64,000 bases of DNA from Dehalococcoidia bacterium (GCA_965261455.1 OZ253453.1:3447372-3511371), one strand, 5' to 3'; counted from the stretch's first letter, positions 25,715 to 34,831 are shown. Notes: a model not told the origin generated them from the sequence alone. Numbers and translations are program-made.

Positions 25715-28048
25715 CTAGGCGTTAAGGTAGCCGCGCAAGTCAGGGAATCGATACAGAAGTCGCTCTTTCTCCGACGCTGCATCGGCATCGTGGGGGTGTT
25801 CTTTCCCCCAGCTTATCAAAGACTGAGATAGCATCTTGAGAGAGCGATGCCGTTGATCGGCCTCTTGGTGAGCTTCACTGATGCGTGCCAGGCGCTCGTA
25901 GTTCAGCACGATAGCACGACATACCTGACTGCGGGACTGATATGGACCATGCTCGAACTCTTCCGGATCCGAGAGTGCATCCTTGAGATGAGTCTCCGCT
26001 TTACGTGCTTCTTGTATTGCTCGGTCGTACTGAACTTGTTGGTACAAGTCCTGAGCCAATCGGCTTCGAGCATATCCAGCCAGGAAGGAAAGCCGCTCGG
26101 AGGGGCCGACGTTCTTGAGGCCGTTTTCAGCAGACCGGGCTGCTGCAGTCCACTCTTGTCGATCACCCTCCATGCTTGACCAGTGCCTGTAGGTTTCCAT
26201 GTTTGAGGACTTAAACTTCGATGCCCGCTCGAAGTGGTAGCGGGCGTCGGTGTAACGGGGCTGCGGTTTCCAGGCTTTGTAAACCCAGCCTAGCATTCCA
26301 TGCAGGTCAGGGTTGTCGGGGTACACGTTCAAGGCGTTGAGAAGAGTCTCTCGGGCATCAGAGTGTTTGTCCAATTTCACTAGGCTGATGGCTTGCCTAA
26401 TATATTGGCCGATACGCCCACGGTCTGCAGGTGACGGTCGCGCCTTGTCCTTGAAGAGCTTGAGAGCGCTTGCTATGCGGCGAGTCAGGTCCGATCCTTC
26501 ATAGACGTCCCGCACCAGTTTTCGCGTGTTCGAATTCAGTGAAAACCTGGACTGTCCTTCGACGAGGTGCGGGGCAGGCAACAAGAATAACTCCTGTAGC
26601 TGCTCAACCGAGTCCTTGCATTCACTTTCCGATAGGTCAGCGACATCCTGTATTTCGGCCAGGGATATCTCTCCCGGATAGAGCGCGCAAGTCAGTAGTG
26701 CCTTCTGGGCTGGAGGTGAGAGCATGTCGAACTCTCTTCCCAAGGCATACCTACGAGCGTCCTCCCCTCCATTATCACGCCATTTATTTGTCGCCATATG
26801 AGGGGTCTCACCCACCTTGCACAAACGCAGCAAGTCTTGAACAAAGAGCGGGCTTCCTTCGCACACCTTCAAGATTTCACGGATGGTGGAACGTGTAAAT
26901 TGACTGGGTTCTAAACCGTACATAGCCACGCGGCTCTTGACAAACTCTATTCCGTCATTTTCAACCTCGAAACCCTTCACCTGTGTCCGTTCCATGGCAT
27001 AGCGAGCTCGGCGTGAGGTAAGCAGGAACTTTGACGGTGTCTTCGTGCGATTCAGAAAGAAGGATACCGCCTCGTCGCTTTCAAGAGAGTCTATGTCGTC
27101 AAGGATAACCAAAGCTGGTAGCAACGAGAGTGATTGACGACACTCGCCTTCTTTCTCTGGAATACCCATGCCTTCGATGTCGGGGCAACCATAGGCACGG
27201 AGGATACAGTCGATGGCGGAATCAAGATTCCAGAAATCCGGTGCTTCGATGTCGACGGTACGGCCTGCTTCGAACCGGCGAGCCTTGGCGCTCATCCAAA
27301 TGATGTATTGAAGGTCAGGAGGTGGATCTTGTGTCACTGACACAGCAAACTGGTAGGCGATGGCGGTTTTGCCTTTCCCTCCGTCGCCCGCCAATAGCCA
27401 GGCGCTGGAATAAGGATCGTTGACCCACTCATGTAGTTGTTGGAGCTCCGCTTTCCTACCGACGAATTGCAGCGCCACCGATTCTCGTGGTGGCAAGGTG
27501 TTCTCCAGCAATCTCTTCTCTGCTATAGCTGCGCTGTTGAATGCTATGCCGCTGATGGATTCGTAGAGAGTTAGAATCTGCTTAGCGGCTTCCATATCAA
27601 TATGGTCCAAGATACGCCTAGCAGAATCCAGCAACATGAGTGCGTCTTTGTCATCCACATCAGCTTCTGCTGGGTGTCCGACGATCGGATTCCGAAGGGT
27701 GGCCACAGTTCTTGCCCACCCAAGGACCGCTTGTCGCCTATCTTTTGTGGGAACTGGCGCCTCTTGATGACTGGGAAATAGGTCGTTGAAGTATTTCTCG
27801 AATAAGTTGAAGAAGTGATGCGCATCTAGCAGATCTGCATCATCCCTAAGTGGTGTCTCAAGTTCACCGGTCGCTCGGACCGTTGCAGCTTTTTCCTTGA
27901 TCCCGGGCCATTCCTTTTGGAATGATGCGGCAATCCTCGTTTGCCAGTCGCCCGGGTATTTTTCGCTCAGCATGTTGCGAATGTGGTTCACGACGGCATT
28001 GCGATAGATTCGGAGTCCGTCAAAGCAAATTGTGTTTGTGGAGGGCAT
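25715..28048 (-). CDS. Tripartite conflict-system-type protein: N-terminal Swt1-like HEPN RNase domain, STAND (NB-ARC-like) P-loop NTPase, C-terminal TPR repeats
   Basis: 777 aa. HEPN R-x5-H in …ATLRNPIVGHPAE…. Walker A LLAGDGGKGKTAIA, Walker B LVILDDIDSL, sensor LLTSRRA. TPR-like C-terminus (…LLNALNVYPDNPDLHGMLGWVYKAW…). Markedly lower G+C than the flanks. Confidence 0.8.
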   Translation of the reverse strand: MPSTNTICFDGLRIYRNAVVNHIRNMLSEKYPGDWQTRIAASFQKEWPGIKEKAATVRATGELETPLRDDADLLDAHHFFNLFEKYFNDLFPSHQEAPVPTKDRRQAVLGWARTVATLRNPIVGHPAEADVDDKDALMLLDSARRILDHIDMEAAKQILTLYESISGIAFNSAAIAEKRLLENTLPPRESVALQFVGRKAELQQLHEWVNDPYSSAWLLAGDGGKGKTAIAYQFAVSVTQDPPPDLQYIIWMSAKARRFEAGRTVDIEAPDFWNLDSAIDCILRAYGCPDIEGMGIPEKEGECRQSLSLLPALVILDDIDSLESDEAVSFFLNRTKTPSKFLLTSRRARYAMERTQVKGFEVENDGIEFVKSRVAMYGLEPSQFTRSTIREILKVCEGSPLFVQDLLRLCKVGETPHMATNKWRDNGGEDARRYALGREFDMLSPPAQKALLTCALYPGEISLAEIQDVADLSESECKDSVEQLQELFLLPAPHLVEGQSRFSLNSNTRKLVRDVYEGSDLTRRIASALKLFKDKARPSPADRGRIGQYIRQAISLVKLDKHSDARETLLNALNVYPDNPDLHGMLGWVYKAWKPQPRYTDARYHFERASKFKSSNMETYRHWSSMEGDRQEWTAAARSAENGLKNVGPSERLSFLAGYARSRLAQDLYQQVQYDRAIQEARKAETHLKDALSDPEEFEHGPYQSRSQVCRAIVLNYERLARISEAHQEADQRHRSLKMLSQSLISWGKEHPHDADAASEKERLLYRFPDLRGYLNA

Positions 28049-28118
28049 TGGGAAGTCGCTTTAGGGCAGCTGTGAGGCCGTCGCGAGTCTAGTTGCATTG
28101 ATGGAGTCCTGCAAGTGC

Positions 28119-28248
28119 CTACCTCCTCGGCGACGCGGCCCGCTGCAAGCAGCGGATCGAGGAGTACCGGGAGGCGGGGGTGGACCAACCGCTGCTGCTG
28201 CCTCGGCTGGAGGACTTCGAGGCGGTGGCGTCGGCGTTCGCGGGGTAG
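28119..28248 (+). repeat. Direct repeat copy 2 (displaced copy of the LLM gene 3' end), distal border of the island
   Basis: ctacctcctcggcgacgcggcccgctgcaagcagcggatcgaggagtaccgggaggcgggggtggaccaaccgctgctgctgcctcggctggaggacttcgaggcggtggcgtcggcgttcgcggggtag. Confidence 0.85.
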
Positions 28249-28258
28249 GCGTGCGGCG

Positions 28259-30133
28259 CTAGCGGTTGCCTTCGACCACTACGGTGATGATGTCGATCTG
28301 GTGATACTTGCGGTGCTGCACGGAAGAGGCGTAGTGCCGCAGTAGGCGGAATGAGATCTCGCGGTCGTCCTGGATCTCGGGCTGATCGCTCAGGTACGCC
28401 TGCCGGTCTTCGAGGTTTTCTTCGTCCGCGGCAGCCGCGAACTCCATCTCGATCTTTCCATTGATGCGGCGTGCGTTGATGATCAAGCTTCGTTTGTCGC
28501 CGTCTTGGTCCTGAGGCAGCAAACTCTCCAGCGTCTCCTCACCGGCTGAACGCAGCCTGTCCGTTGAGGCCTCGTTCCAGCCCGCCTTGGAGGCAACGTC
28601 GCTCAGGAACGCGTCTATTTGGGGAAGCGCGGCGACATTCAGCTCTACGTTCAACCGTCTGCGCCGGGAGCCGCCAAGCTCCAGCAAGAGAGTGAAGGCG
28701 ATCAAACTCACGGCGCCAACGGTCAGGCCGTTGCCAAGGAGGGTTTCTAACGTCCCGCTGAGGACGTCGGAGAAGATCAGGTCGTTCTGGAAGCCTACGC
28801 CCAGCCAGAAGGAGACACCGACCGCGAGAGCTTTCTTCGGGTCGAGGCCGTCGCCGATGACCAACTTCATGCCCTGCACGAACAGCAACGCCAGTGTGAC
28901 GGTCACATAGGCGCCGAAGACGGCGCCGGGGATGGCGGTAATGAGGGCTATCAGCTTGGGAAGGAAGGCCACCGCGATGAGAATGGCCCCGCCGTAGACG
29001 CTGATGCGGCGCGCGGCGACCCCGGTGATGAGGGTCCGCGGGGCATTGCTCGGTGGGGCCATGTTGGGGAGCGATCCAAGGGCGGCGGACATGAGGTTGG
29101 TGAGGCCGATGACATTCAACGTGCCTTGGACGACGCGGAAATCGGCGGCGCGCGGCCTGCGCCACGAGACCTGTTGAATGGCAACCATGTCGCTAATGCC
29201 GTAGAGCGTGGTGGAGAGGGTCACGATGATGAAGCCGGGCAGGAGGCCCCAGAATTCCGTGCCCAGACCGAAATCGAAGTTTGGCCGCGCATCGAGGGGC
29301 AGGCCGATCCAGGCCGCGTCGAGGAAGGGCTGAACGTCAAAGAGGCCGAACGGCGCTGCAACGACACAGCCGGCCACGATGGCAATGACCGGCGTCCACT
29401 GCTGCAAGATAGGGGTGCCAAATAAGCGCAGCGCGATAAGGAGGGCGAACGTCGCTCCCGCGATGGTGGGAGCGGCATGGCTGGCCGCGCCTTCGGGGGT
29501 TGCCGACAGCCTGCTGAGGAGGACCGACATGACGGTGCCCGCCAGCAGCATGAGGACGGAGCCGGTGACCGTCGGGGTGATGATGCGGCGCAAGAGGGAG
29601 AGCCTCGAGACCAGCACGAACTGAAAGATCGCGGAAACGACGATGAGGCTCGACAGCATGGCGGGTCCGCCCGCCACCAACGCGCTGATGGCGACCGCGA
29701 TGTAGGCGGAGCCGTTGGAGACGCCCAGTGGATACCCCGCCCCGAATCGCCAGATTCTGAAGGACAGAAGGATGGTGCCGAATCCACATATCGCCAGGGA
29801 GCAGAAAAAGACCCACGACAGGTAGCTTTCGGGTTGGCCGCTTGCCTGAACGATGATGGCGGTGGAGGCGGCCATCCCCGACAGCCGGCTCATAACGCTC
29901 TGGAAGCCCTGGCCAAGGGCCACCATGGGAGGCGGCTCTTCGTCCGGCTCGTAGAGGATGTAGTCGTTTGTCTGCGGCGCGGCCAAGTCCGTTCTCGAGT
30001 TGCTGCTTGTGGGGACCGCTTCCGTTGACGGCGCTTTCAGGGCCGGGATACGGGACGGGCGGTGGGATAGCAGACCGCCGATGGCGGCACACCCGCGGAA
30101 GCGGCGGCGGATGGTGGGCGGGGACCCCCTCAA
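28259..30133 (-). CDS. Nucleobase/anion permease-family membrane transporter (NCS2/SulP-like core) with a C-terminal cytoplasmic domain
   Basis: About 12 predicted TM segments rich in G/A/L/I, then a soluble tail of about 150 aa. The first 69 codons are low-complexity, so the start is probably the internal ATG near 29926 (MVALGQGFQSV…). Confidence 0.65.
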   Translation of the reverse strand: MRGSPPTIRRRFRGCAAIGGLLSHRPSRIPALKAPSTEAVPTSSNSRTDLAAPQTNDYILYEPDEEPPPMVALGQGFQSVMSRLSGMAASTAIIVQASGQPESYLSWVFFCSLAICGFGTILLSFRIWRFGAGYPLGVSNGSAYIAVAISALVAGGPAMLSSLIVVSAIFQFVLVSRLSLLRRIITPTVTGSVLMLLAGTVMSVLLSRLSATPEGAASHAAPTIAGATFALLIALRLFGTPILQQWTPVIAIVAGCVVAAPFGLFDVQPFLDAAWIGLPLDARPNFDFGLGTEFWGLLPGFIIVTLSTTLYGISDMVAIQQVSWRRPRAADFRVVQGTLNVIGLTNLMSAALGSLPNMAPPSNAPRTLITGVAARRISVYGGAILIAVAFLPKLIALITAIPGAVFGAYVTVTLALLFVQGMKLVIGDGLDPKKALAVGVSFWLGVGFQNDLIFSDVLSGTLETLLGNGLTVGAVSLIAFTLLLELGGSRRRRLNVELNVAALPQIDAFLSDVASKAGWNEASTDRLRSAGEETLESLLPQDQDGDKRSLIINARRINGKIEMEFAAAADEENLEDRQAYLSDQPEIQDDREISFRLLRHYASSVQHRKYHQIDIITVVVEGNR

Positions 30134-30227
30134 GCGTGCGTAGGCTATACTCCGCGCGGGCTACCTTCTGTAGCCCGCCCCTTCTGTTGCCTGAGGGTTC
30201 TGGTTACAACGCGGAAGGGGATGAACC

Positions 30228-30514
30228 ATGGCGGGCTACGTGATCACTGAAGTTGAGATAACGGACGCGGAACGGTACGCGGAGTTTCTCGGGCAGGTGA
30301 CGGCAACGGTTGAGGGTCACGGGGGCAAGTTCATCGCGCGGGGCGGCGCCATTGACGTCGTCGAGGGCGATTGGACGCCTTCGCGGCTCGCGATACTGAA
30401 TTCGACAGCGCCGAGCAGGCGAAGGCGTGGCTGAACTCTCCCGAGTACACCGCGCTCAACGAGCTTCGCACCAGCTCCGCCAACATCAACATGGTGGTCG
30501 TCGAGGGCTTGTAG
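30228..30514 (+). pseudogene. DUF1330-family protein with an apparent 1-nt deletion frameshift near 30390
   Basis: MAGYVITEVEITDAERYAEFLGQV…GDWTPSRLAIL, then the frame shifts. The continuation (E)FDSAEQAKAWLNSPEYTALNELRTSSANINMVVVEGL* is in the +1 frame. Confidence 0.55.
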
Positions 30515-30537
30515 CTCCGCCCTTCGTCCGCGCCGTC

Positions 30538-30585
30538 CTATTCCCGCGGCACGCCGCCGGCCTCGAATTCGGTGAGGGCGGCTTT
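30538..30585 (-). repeat. Degenerate displaced copy of the amidohydrolase (31296..32720) 3' end, distal border of the VapBC cassette
   Basis: The minus strand would encode KAALTEFEAGGVPRE*. The real gene terminus at 31296..31343 encodes KAALNEFEAAGGPRGE*. Confidence 0.6.
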
Positions 30586-30595
30586 GCGCGGCTAT

Positions 30596-30997
30596 CTAGG
30601 GGGTCTCTAGGCCCTCGGCGAGAGCGGCCCCCGCCAGTTTTCTATCCAGCGTGGCCAGTGTCGTTCCCAGCCGTTTGGCCAACTCCAAGTACAGGGCATC
30701 GTAGAAGGACAGGCCATGTTCTCTCGCGAGATTGAAGGCCGCCTGGAGGTTGGTGTCACCGTCGGTGCGTATGGGCAATGCCTTTAGGGAATCCAGACGC
30801 TCCGTGGTCCCATTCTGGGACACTCGGCCCCGACGCTCCGCTGCCAGCAGCGCGTTGCGCACCTCGTCGTGCCAGAGCGGCGGCACGATCGCCCCATCCC
30901 GCCGGAGCCGCGTCAACGCGTCGGCGGCCCTTGGTTCAAACTCGTCGTCCAAGAGCCAATCGGCGGTGATCGACGCATCGAGAACGAGACGGCTCAT
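30596..30997 (-). CDS. vapC: Type II toxin VapC (PIN domain)
   Basis: MSRLVLDASITADWLLDDE… with the PIN acidic quartet. Overlaps the antitoxin by 4 nt. Confidence 0.85.
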   Translation of the reverse strand: MSRLVLDASITADWLLDDEFEPRAADALTRLRRDGAIVPPLWHDEVRNALLAAERRGRVSQNGTTERLDSLKALPIRTDGDTNLQAAFNLAREHGLSFYDALYLELAKRLGTTLATLDRKLAGAALAEGLETP

Positions 30998-31245
30998 ACG
31001 CGGCGGCCCTCGCGGTGGGCGGTCACGATTTCGTCGAGGGACATTCCGGTGGGCTCCCAACCGGCCCGCAGTTGTAGGAACCGGTCCACGGCTGCCTCGC
31101 GATCGGCCCGGGCTTGGGTGTGGGCCGGGACCAAGTGGGCGATGGTCGCGCCGTGGCGCGTGATTGCGACGGTCTCGCCGTGTTCGACACTTCGCAGGAG
31201 CTCGGCGAGGCGTGTCTTTGCTTCCGTAGCTTGAACTTTACGCAT
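30994..31245 (-). CDS. Type II antitoxin, Phd/YefM family
   Basis: 83 aa (MRKVQATEAKTRLAELLRSVEHGETVAITRHGATIAHLVP). Confidence 0.8.
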   Translation of the reverse strand: MRKVQATEAKTRLAELLRSVEHGETVAITRHGATIAHLVPAHTQARADREAAVDRFLQLRAGWEPTGMSLDEIVTAHREGRRV

Positions 31246-31295
31246 GACGCACTTCCAACCGGTTAGTTTGACCAGTTTTATTGTAGCAGCTCCGG

Positions 31296-32720
31296 CTACT
31301 CGCCGCGCGGCCCGCCGGCCGCCTCGAACTCGTTGAGGGCGGCCTTGACCCAGGCGAGGTCGTCGGTGGCGGCGCGTTGGCGAGCCGCTTCGGGGTCGAT
31401 GCCGTAGACGCGGGCGGCGTTGAGGCCGAGGATCTTGGCCTTGATGCGCGGGGTGAGCTCGGGGTAGCCGTGGCGCTCGCGCAATTCCTGGGGGATTTGG
31501 AAGGCGCGGAAGGCGTCGATCAGGGGCTGGGGCGAGCCGTACCAGATTGAATCGCTGCCCCAGAGGACGTTGTCTTCGCCGACGGCGAGGAGGAGCTTAC
31601 CGAGGACGTGGGCGGCCTCGCGGGGGCGGCGCACGAGGACGAACCAGGTGCTGCCAAGCTCGGCGTAGACGTTGGCGCCGGGCGGGATTCCGGCGTCGGC
31701 GAGGCTCTTCACGAGGCGGTCCGTCCCGCCGCCGGACTGGTCGTAGGGGCCTTCCTCCTCGTCGGCCACGGGGGTCTCGTAGCCGGAGTGGTAGACGAGG
31801 AACTTGATGTCGGGGAAGGCCGCGGCGGCGGGGCCGACGTCGCGGGGCGAGCCGGCGGGGGCGAGGGCGCTGAGACCCTTGTGGGCGCAGACGATCCCGA
31901 CGCCGAGCTCGCGGCTGCGTTCCAGCAGGGGCAGGCCGTGGGCCTCGTCGTCGAGCTGCCAGCCGGGTTCGCCGTTCCAGCCGTGGGCGGTGTAGACCTT
32001 CCACGCCACGGGCTTGTTGCGTTCCTTGATCCGGTCGAGGCGGTCGATTTCGCCTGGCGCGTTGGGATGGACGATGGCGTGGCTGAGGAGGCGGCCGGTG
32101 CCGGCGAACCGGTCGATCAGCTCGCGGGAGCCGGCGATCTCGGGGTTGGTGAGGATGTTGCGGCGCTCGTCGCCCGGAGCCGAGGTCAGCACCGCCACCG
32201 CCGTCTCACTTTCAAGGAAGACGTGGCGGAGGTAGTTGGTGAAGTCAAGGTGAATGCGTGGGTCGAGGCCCTTCCAGCGGTCGGGGGCGACGTTGCGGAT
32301 GAAGCCCATGACGCCGGCGACGCCGTGGGCTTCGGCGCGGTGCCGCGCGACATAATGCGTCTGCACGTCGATGACAAGCTCGTCGCCGGCGAAGGCGGCG
32401 TTGGCGGCCTCGGGATCGGTCTCCGCCTCGGGTGGGACGTGGTAGTAGCCGCCGCCCCAGGCGTCGTCGATGGCGCGGAGGGCCGCTGCGCCGCCGCGGC
32501 GGCTCTCCGCGAAACGGCGTTGGTCAAGCAGTGTGCGGCTCTCGGCCACGGCGCGGGCGGCAGTCCGTCCTACAGCGGCAAGGTCGCGCTCCGACCAGAG
32601 GAGCGGGCGGAACTCGTCGTTGCCGCGGCGCTGGAGGACAAGCGGCAGGGGCGGGGTCGTCATGCGGCGCATTCTAGCGCACGAGGTGCCCCGCGCCGTT
32701 AAGAAGAAGGCCCCCGCCAC
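31296..32720 (-). CDS. Amidohydrolase-2 family metal-dependent hydrolase
   Basis: 474-aa ORF (GTG at 32720 per the track). The real start is probably the internal Met about 17-20 codons in. Sequence …VIDVQTHYV…, …HSGYE…. Confidence 0.8.
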   Translation of the reverse strand: MAGAFFLTARGTSCARMRRMTTPPLPLVLQRRGNDEFRPLLWSERDLAAVGRTAARAVAESRTLLDQRRFAESRRGGAAALRAIDDAWGGGYYHVPPEAETDPEAANAAFAGDELVIDVQTHYVARHRAEAHGVAGVMGFIRNVAPDRWKGLDPRIHLDFTNYLRHVFLESETAVAVLTSAPGDERRNILTNPEIAGSRELIDRFAGTGRLLSHAIVHPNAPGEIDRLDRIKERNKPVAWKVYTAHGWNGEPGWQLDDEAHGLPLLERSRELGVGIVCAHKGLSALAPAGSPRDVGPAAAAFPDIKFLVYHSGYETPVADEEEGPYDQSGGGTDRLVKSLADAGIPPGANVYAELGSTWFVLVRRPREAAHVLGKLLLAVGEDNVLWGSDSIWYGSPQPLIDAFRAFQIPQELRERHGYPELTPRIKAKILGLNAARVYGIDPEAARQRAATDDLAWVKAALNEFEAAGGPRGE

Positions 32721-32748
32721 TGCTGGCGGGGGCCTTCTTTCGCGCCGG
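32712..32748 (-). terminator. Strong hairpin downstream of the ABM gene, likely a rho-independent terminator
   Basis: aagaaggcccccgcc actgct ggcgggggccttcttt: a perfect stem of about 15 bp with T-rich flanks. Confidence 0.5.
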
Positions 32749-32759
32749 TCGGCCTGTGG

Positions 32760-33056
32760 TTAGGCGGCGTGGCGCTCGCCGGTCACCGTGAGGATCTGCT
32801 CGCGGAGATCGGGCTGGCTGAACCGGTGGATGCGGGACCGCACCGCGATGGTGTGGGGCTGGGTCGCGGCATGGTCGGCGTCTTCGCGGCTCTCCCAGAT
32901 GGAGACCCGCCCGAGCGAGCCGGTGGTCTCGAGCTCGTAGCTCTCGACGAAACCGGGCTGCTTCGCCAGGTAGCCGTCGAGCTCATCGAGGAGCTCGTGC
33001 AACGCGCCGGTGGCGCCGTTCTTGGGGTGGATAAGAGTGGATCGCAGGACCTTCAT
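32760..33056 (-). CDS. Antibiotic-biosynthesis-monooxygenase (ABM/Dabb) domain protein
   Basis: C-terminal 98 codons of track ORF 32760..33518 (MKVLRSTLIHPKNGATGALHELLDELDGYLAKQPGFVESYE…). Confidence 0.65.
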   Translation of the reverse strand: MKVLRSTLIHPKNGATGALHELLDELDGYLAKQPGFVESYELETTGSLGRVSIWESREDADHAATQPHTIAVRSRIHRFSQPDLREQILTVTGERHAA

Positions 33057-33333
33057 CAGACCTCTCCGGCGCCTCGGCGCCTTCCCCGCCGTCTGGCGGG
33101 GCGTAATATGACGATATGAGTCTATGCCTCGCCGCTGAGAGGCGTCAAAATCACAAGACCCCGCGAAATCAATCGAAAGTGCTACAAAGTGGGCGGTGAA
33201 TGCGTCTATCTTTCGTCCACATTGTGAAACGCATCGCAATACGTTACGAATATCGTCACGCTTTACGAAGGTCAAGAGAGACGATATTCGTTTAGCTGCG
33301 CAATGAGGCAGGCCGTCGAGCCGAGCTGGCGGA

Positions 33334-34101
33334 TCACGAAAGCCACGAGCCTGCGTTGACGTGGAGCGTCTGCCCGGTGATGTGGCGCGCCTCGTCGGAG
33401 ACAAGGAAGAGTACGGCGTTGGCCTGGTCGCTCGGTTCGAGATAGACGCCCATCGCGGTCTTGAGGATCGAGTCGGTGGCCGCCTGGCGCATGGCGTCGT
33501 CGGTCTTGAATGATGCACGGGTCATAGGGGTGTCGGTGAGCCCCGGCGCGATGGTGTTCACCCTGATGTTCTCGGCGCCGAGGTCGTAGGCGAGGCTGCG
33601 GGAGACGTGGGCCACGGCGGCCTTGGACGCGCCGTAGGCGAGGCTGCGCCCCGAGGGGCGAAAGCCGGAGCCCGAGGAGAAGTTGACGATGACGCCGCCG
33701 CCCCGCCGGCGCAGGTGGGGGAGGGCGGCCTGGCAGAAGAACATCACGCCCTTGAGGTTGACGGCGAGGATGCGGTCCCACTGCTCCTCGGTCACGTCGT
33801 CGATGGCGCCGCTCCCGGCGATGGCGGCGCAGTTCACCAGAATGTCGAGGCCGCCGAAGCGCTCGGCGGCGCGGGCCACGGCGCGCTCGACGGCGGCCTT
33901 GTCGGAGGCGTCGGCCTGCATACCGATGGCGTCGCCACCGGCGGCGGTGATCTCCTCGGCGACGCGCTGCACACCGTCGGCGTCGATGTCGGCGAGTGCG
34001 ACGGCGGCGCCCTCACGGGCGAGGGTCGCGGCGGTAGCGCGTCCGATTCCCGAAGCGCCGCCGGTGATGATCGCGACTTTGCCCTGAACTCGGCCCACCA
34101 T
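33334..34101 (-). CDS. SDR-family oxidoreductase
   Basis: 255 aa with TGGASGIG motif. Confidence 0.85.
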   Translation of the reverse strand: MVGRVQGKVAIITGGASGIGRATAATLAREGAAVALADIDADGVQRVAEEITAAGGDAIGMQADASDKAAVERAVARAAERFGGLDILVNCAAIAGSGAIDDVTEEQWDRILAVNLKGVMFFCQAALPHLRRRGGGVIVNFSSGSGFRPSGRSLAYGASKAAVAHVSRSLAYDLGAENIRVNTIAPGLTDTPMTRASFKTDDAMRQAATDSILKTAMGVYLEPSDQANAVLFLVSDEARHITGQTLHVNAGSWLS

Positions 34102-34152
34102 GTGGTGAGGATACCACGGGCGCGTCCCTGTCCCGTGGGGGCCCCTGATAAG

Positions 34153-34188
34153 AAAAAGCCCCCGTGAAGGCGGGGGCTCGTCGTTCGC
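34153..34188 (-). terminator. Rho-independent terminator for the small gene 34201..34365
   Basis: The minus strand reads gcccccgccttcacgggggc followed by ttttt. Confidence 0.6.
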
Positions 34189-34200
34189 GTTGGGCGCGGG

Positions 34201-34365
34201 CTAGCTGTTGTCGTCGAGGGTCTTGGGCCAGGGGGCCTTCCCGGTGAGGACTTCCATTGAAATCTCGCGGGTCTTCTGGCCGTCGTTGGACCGCTTGCGG
34301 GAGATACCGCCGCGCTTGCCGCCGCGAACCTTCTTGACGCCCTTCATCTGTGCTTTGTGTGACAT
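34201..34365 (-). CDS. Small basic hypothetical protein (54 aa)
   Basis: MSHKAQMKGVKKVRGGKRGGISRKRSNDGQKTREI… Followed by a terminator. Internal ATG of the track ORF. Confidence 0.4.
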   Translation of the reverse strand: MSHKAQMKGVKKVRGGKRGGISRKRSNDGQKTREISMEVLTGKAPWPKTLDDNS

Positions 34366-34534
34366 GCCTAGTTCCGCTCGCCGTGGTGGAGTGTGTTTGT
34401 AATTGTACCGCACCGGCCCAGGGGCGGCAACGCGGCTGGGGGGACGTGTGCGACGCACGGTGGTTGCGGGGATGTACTCCTTCAGCTATATGCTGTCAAA
34501 CAATTTGGACATACCCAATACGGCGAATTGATAG

Positions 34535-34831
34535 GTGACCGATATGCAAGTAAAACCCCGTAAGCTGCCCACACTTTTCAACCTGCCTCGGTCTCTTTCA
34601 GTGAAAGGGCTCATTGAAGAGTCCTTGGCCCCAGGCGAATTTGAGGTCACTCTGAATTTCGGGGACGCGGAGTTCTATATCCTGGCGCCAGTCTCCAAGG
34701 TCAACCTCGATGCCGGTACTTTGGAAGTAAACCTTGTCGGAGAGACTGAAAACGAGTTTTGGGTGAGTTTCCCTGGGGAGGTCGAGAACGGCATGTCCAC
34801 CGCTCTCGTACCGAAGAAGTTCCTGAAGTAG
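34535..34831 (+). CDS. Hypothetical protein (98 aa)
   Basis: Lower-GC ORF lying 12 nt upstream of the dCTP-deaminase-like gene. Confidence 0.45.
   Translation: MTDMQVKPRKLPTLFNLPRSLSVKGLIEESLAPGEFEVTLNFGDAEFYILAPVSKVNLDAGTLEVNLVGETENEFWVSFPGEVENGMSTALVPKKFLK

Noticed and set aside
28115-28345. Track ORF of 76 aa across the distal direct repeat
   Set aside because: Out-of-frame translation of the duplicated LLM-gene 3' end. The repeat's meaningful frame is the LLM frame (…LPRLEDFEAVASAFAG*).
33057-33518. N-terminal extension of track ORF 32760..33518
   Set aside because: Only the C-terminal 98 codons form an ABM-domain protein. The upstream part is Arg/Pro-rich low-complexity sequence.
34201-34458. 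Full 85-aa track ORF as a ribosomal-protein-like gene
   Set aside because: The upstream 31 codons overlap the terminator/promoter region and are Pro/Arg-rich. Only the 54-aa basic C-terminal part from the internal ATG looks coding, and no specific ribosomal family is recognisable.
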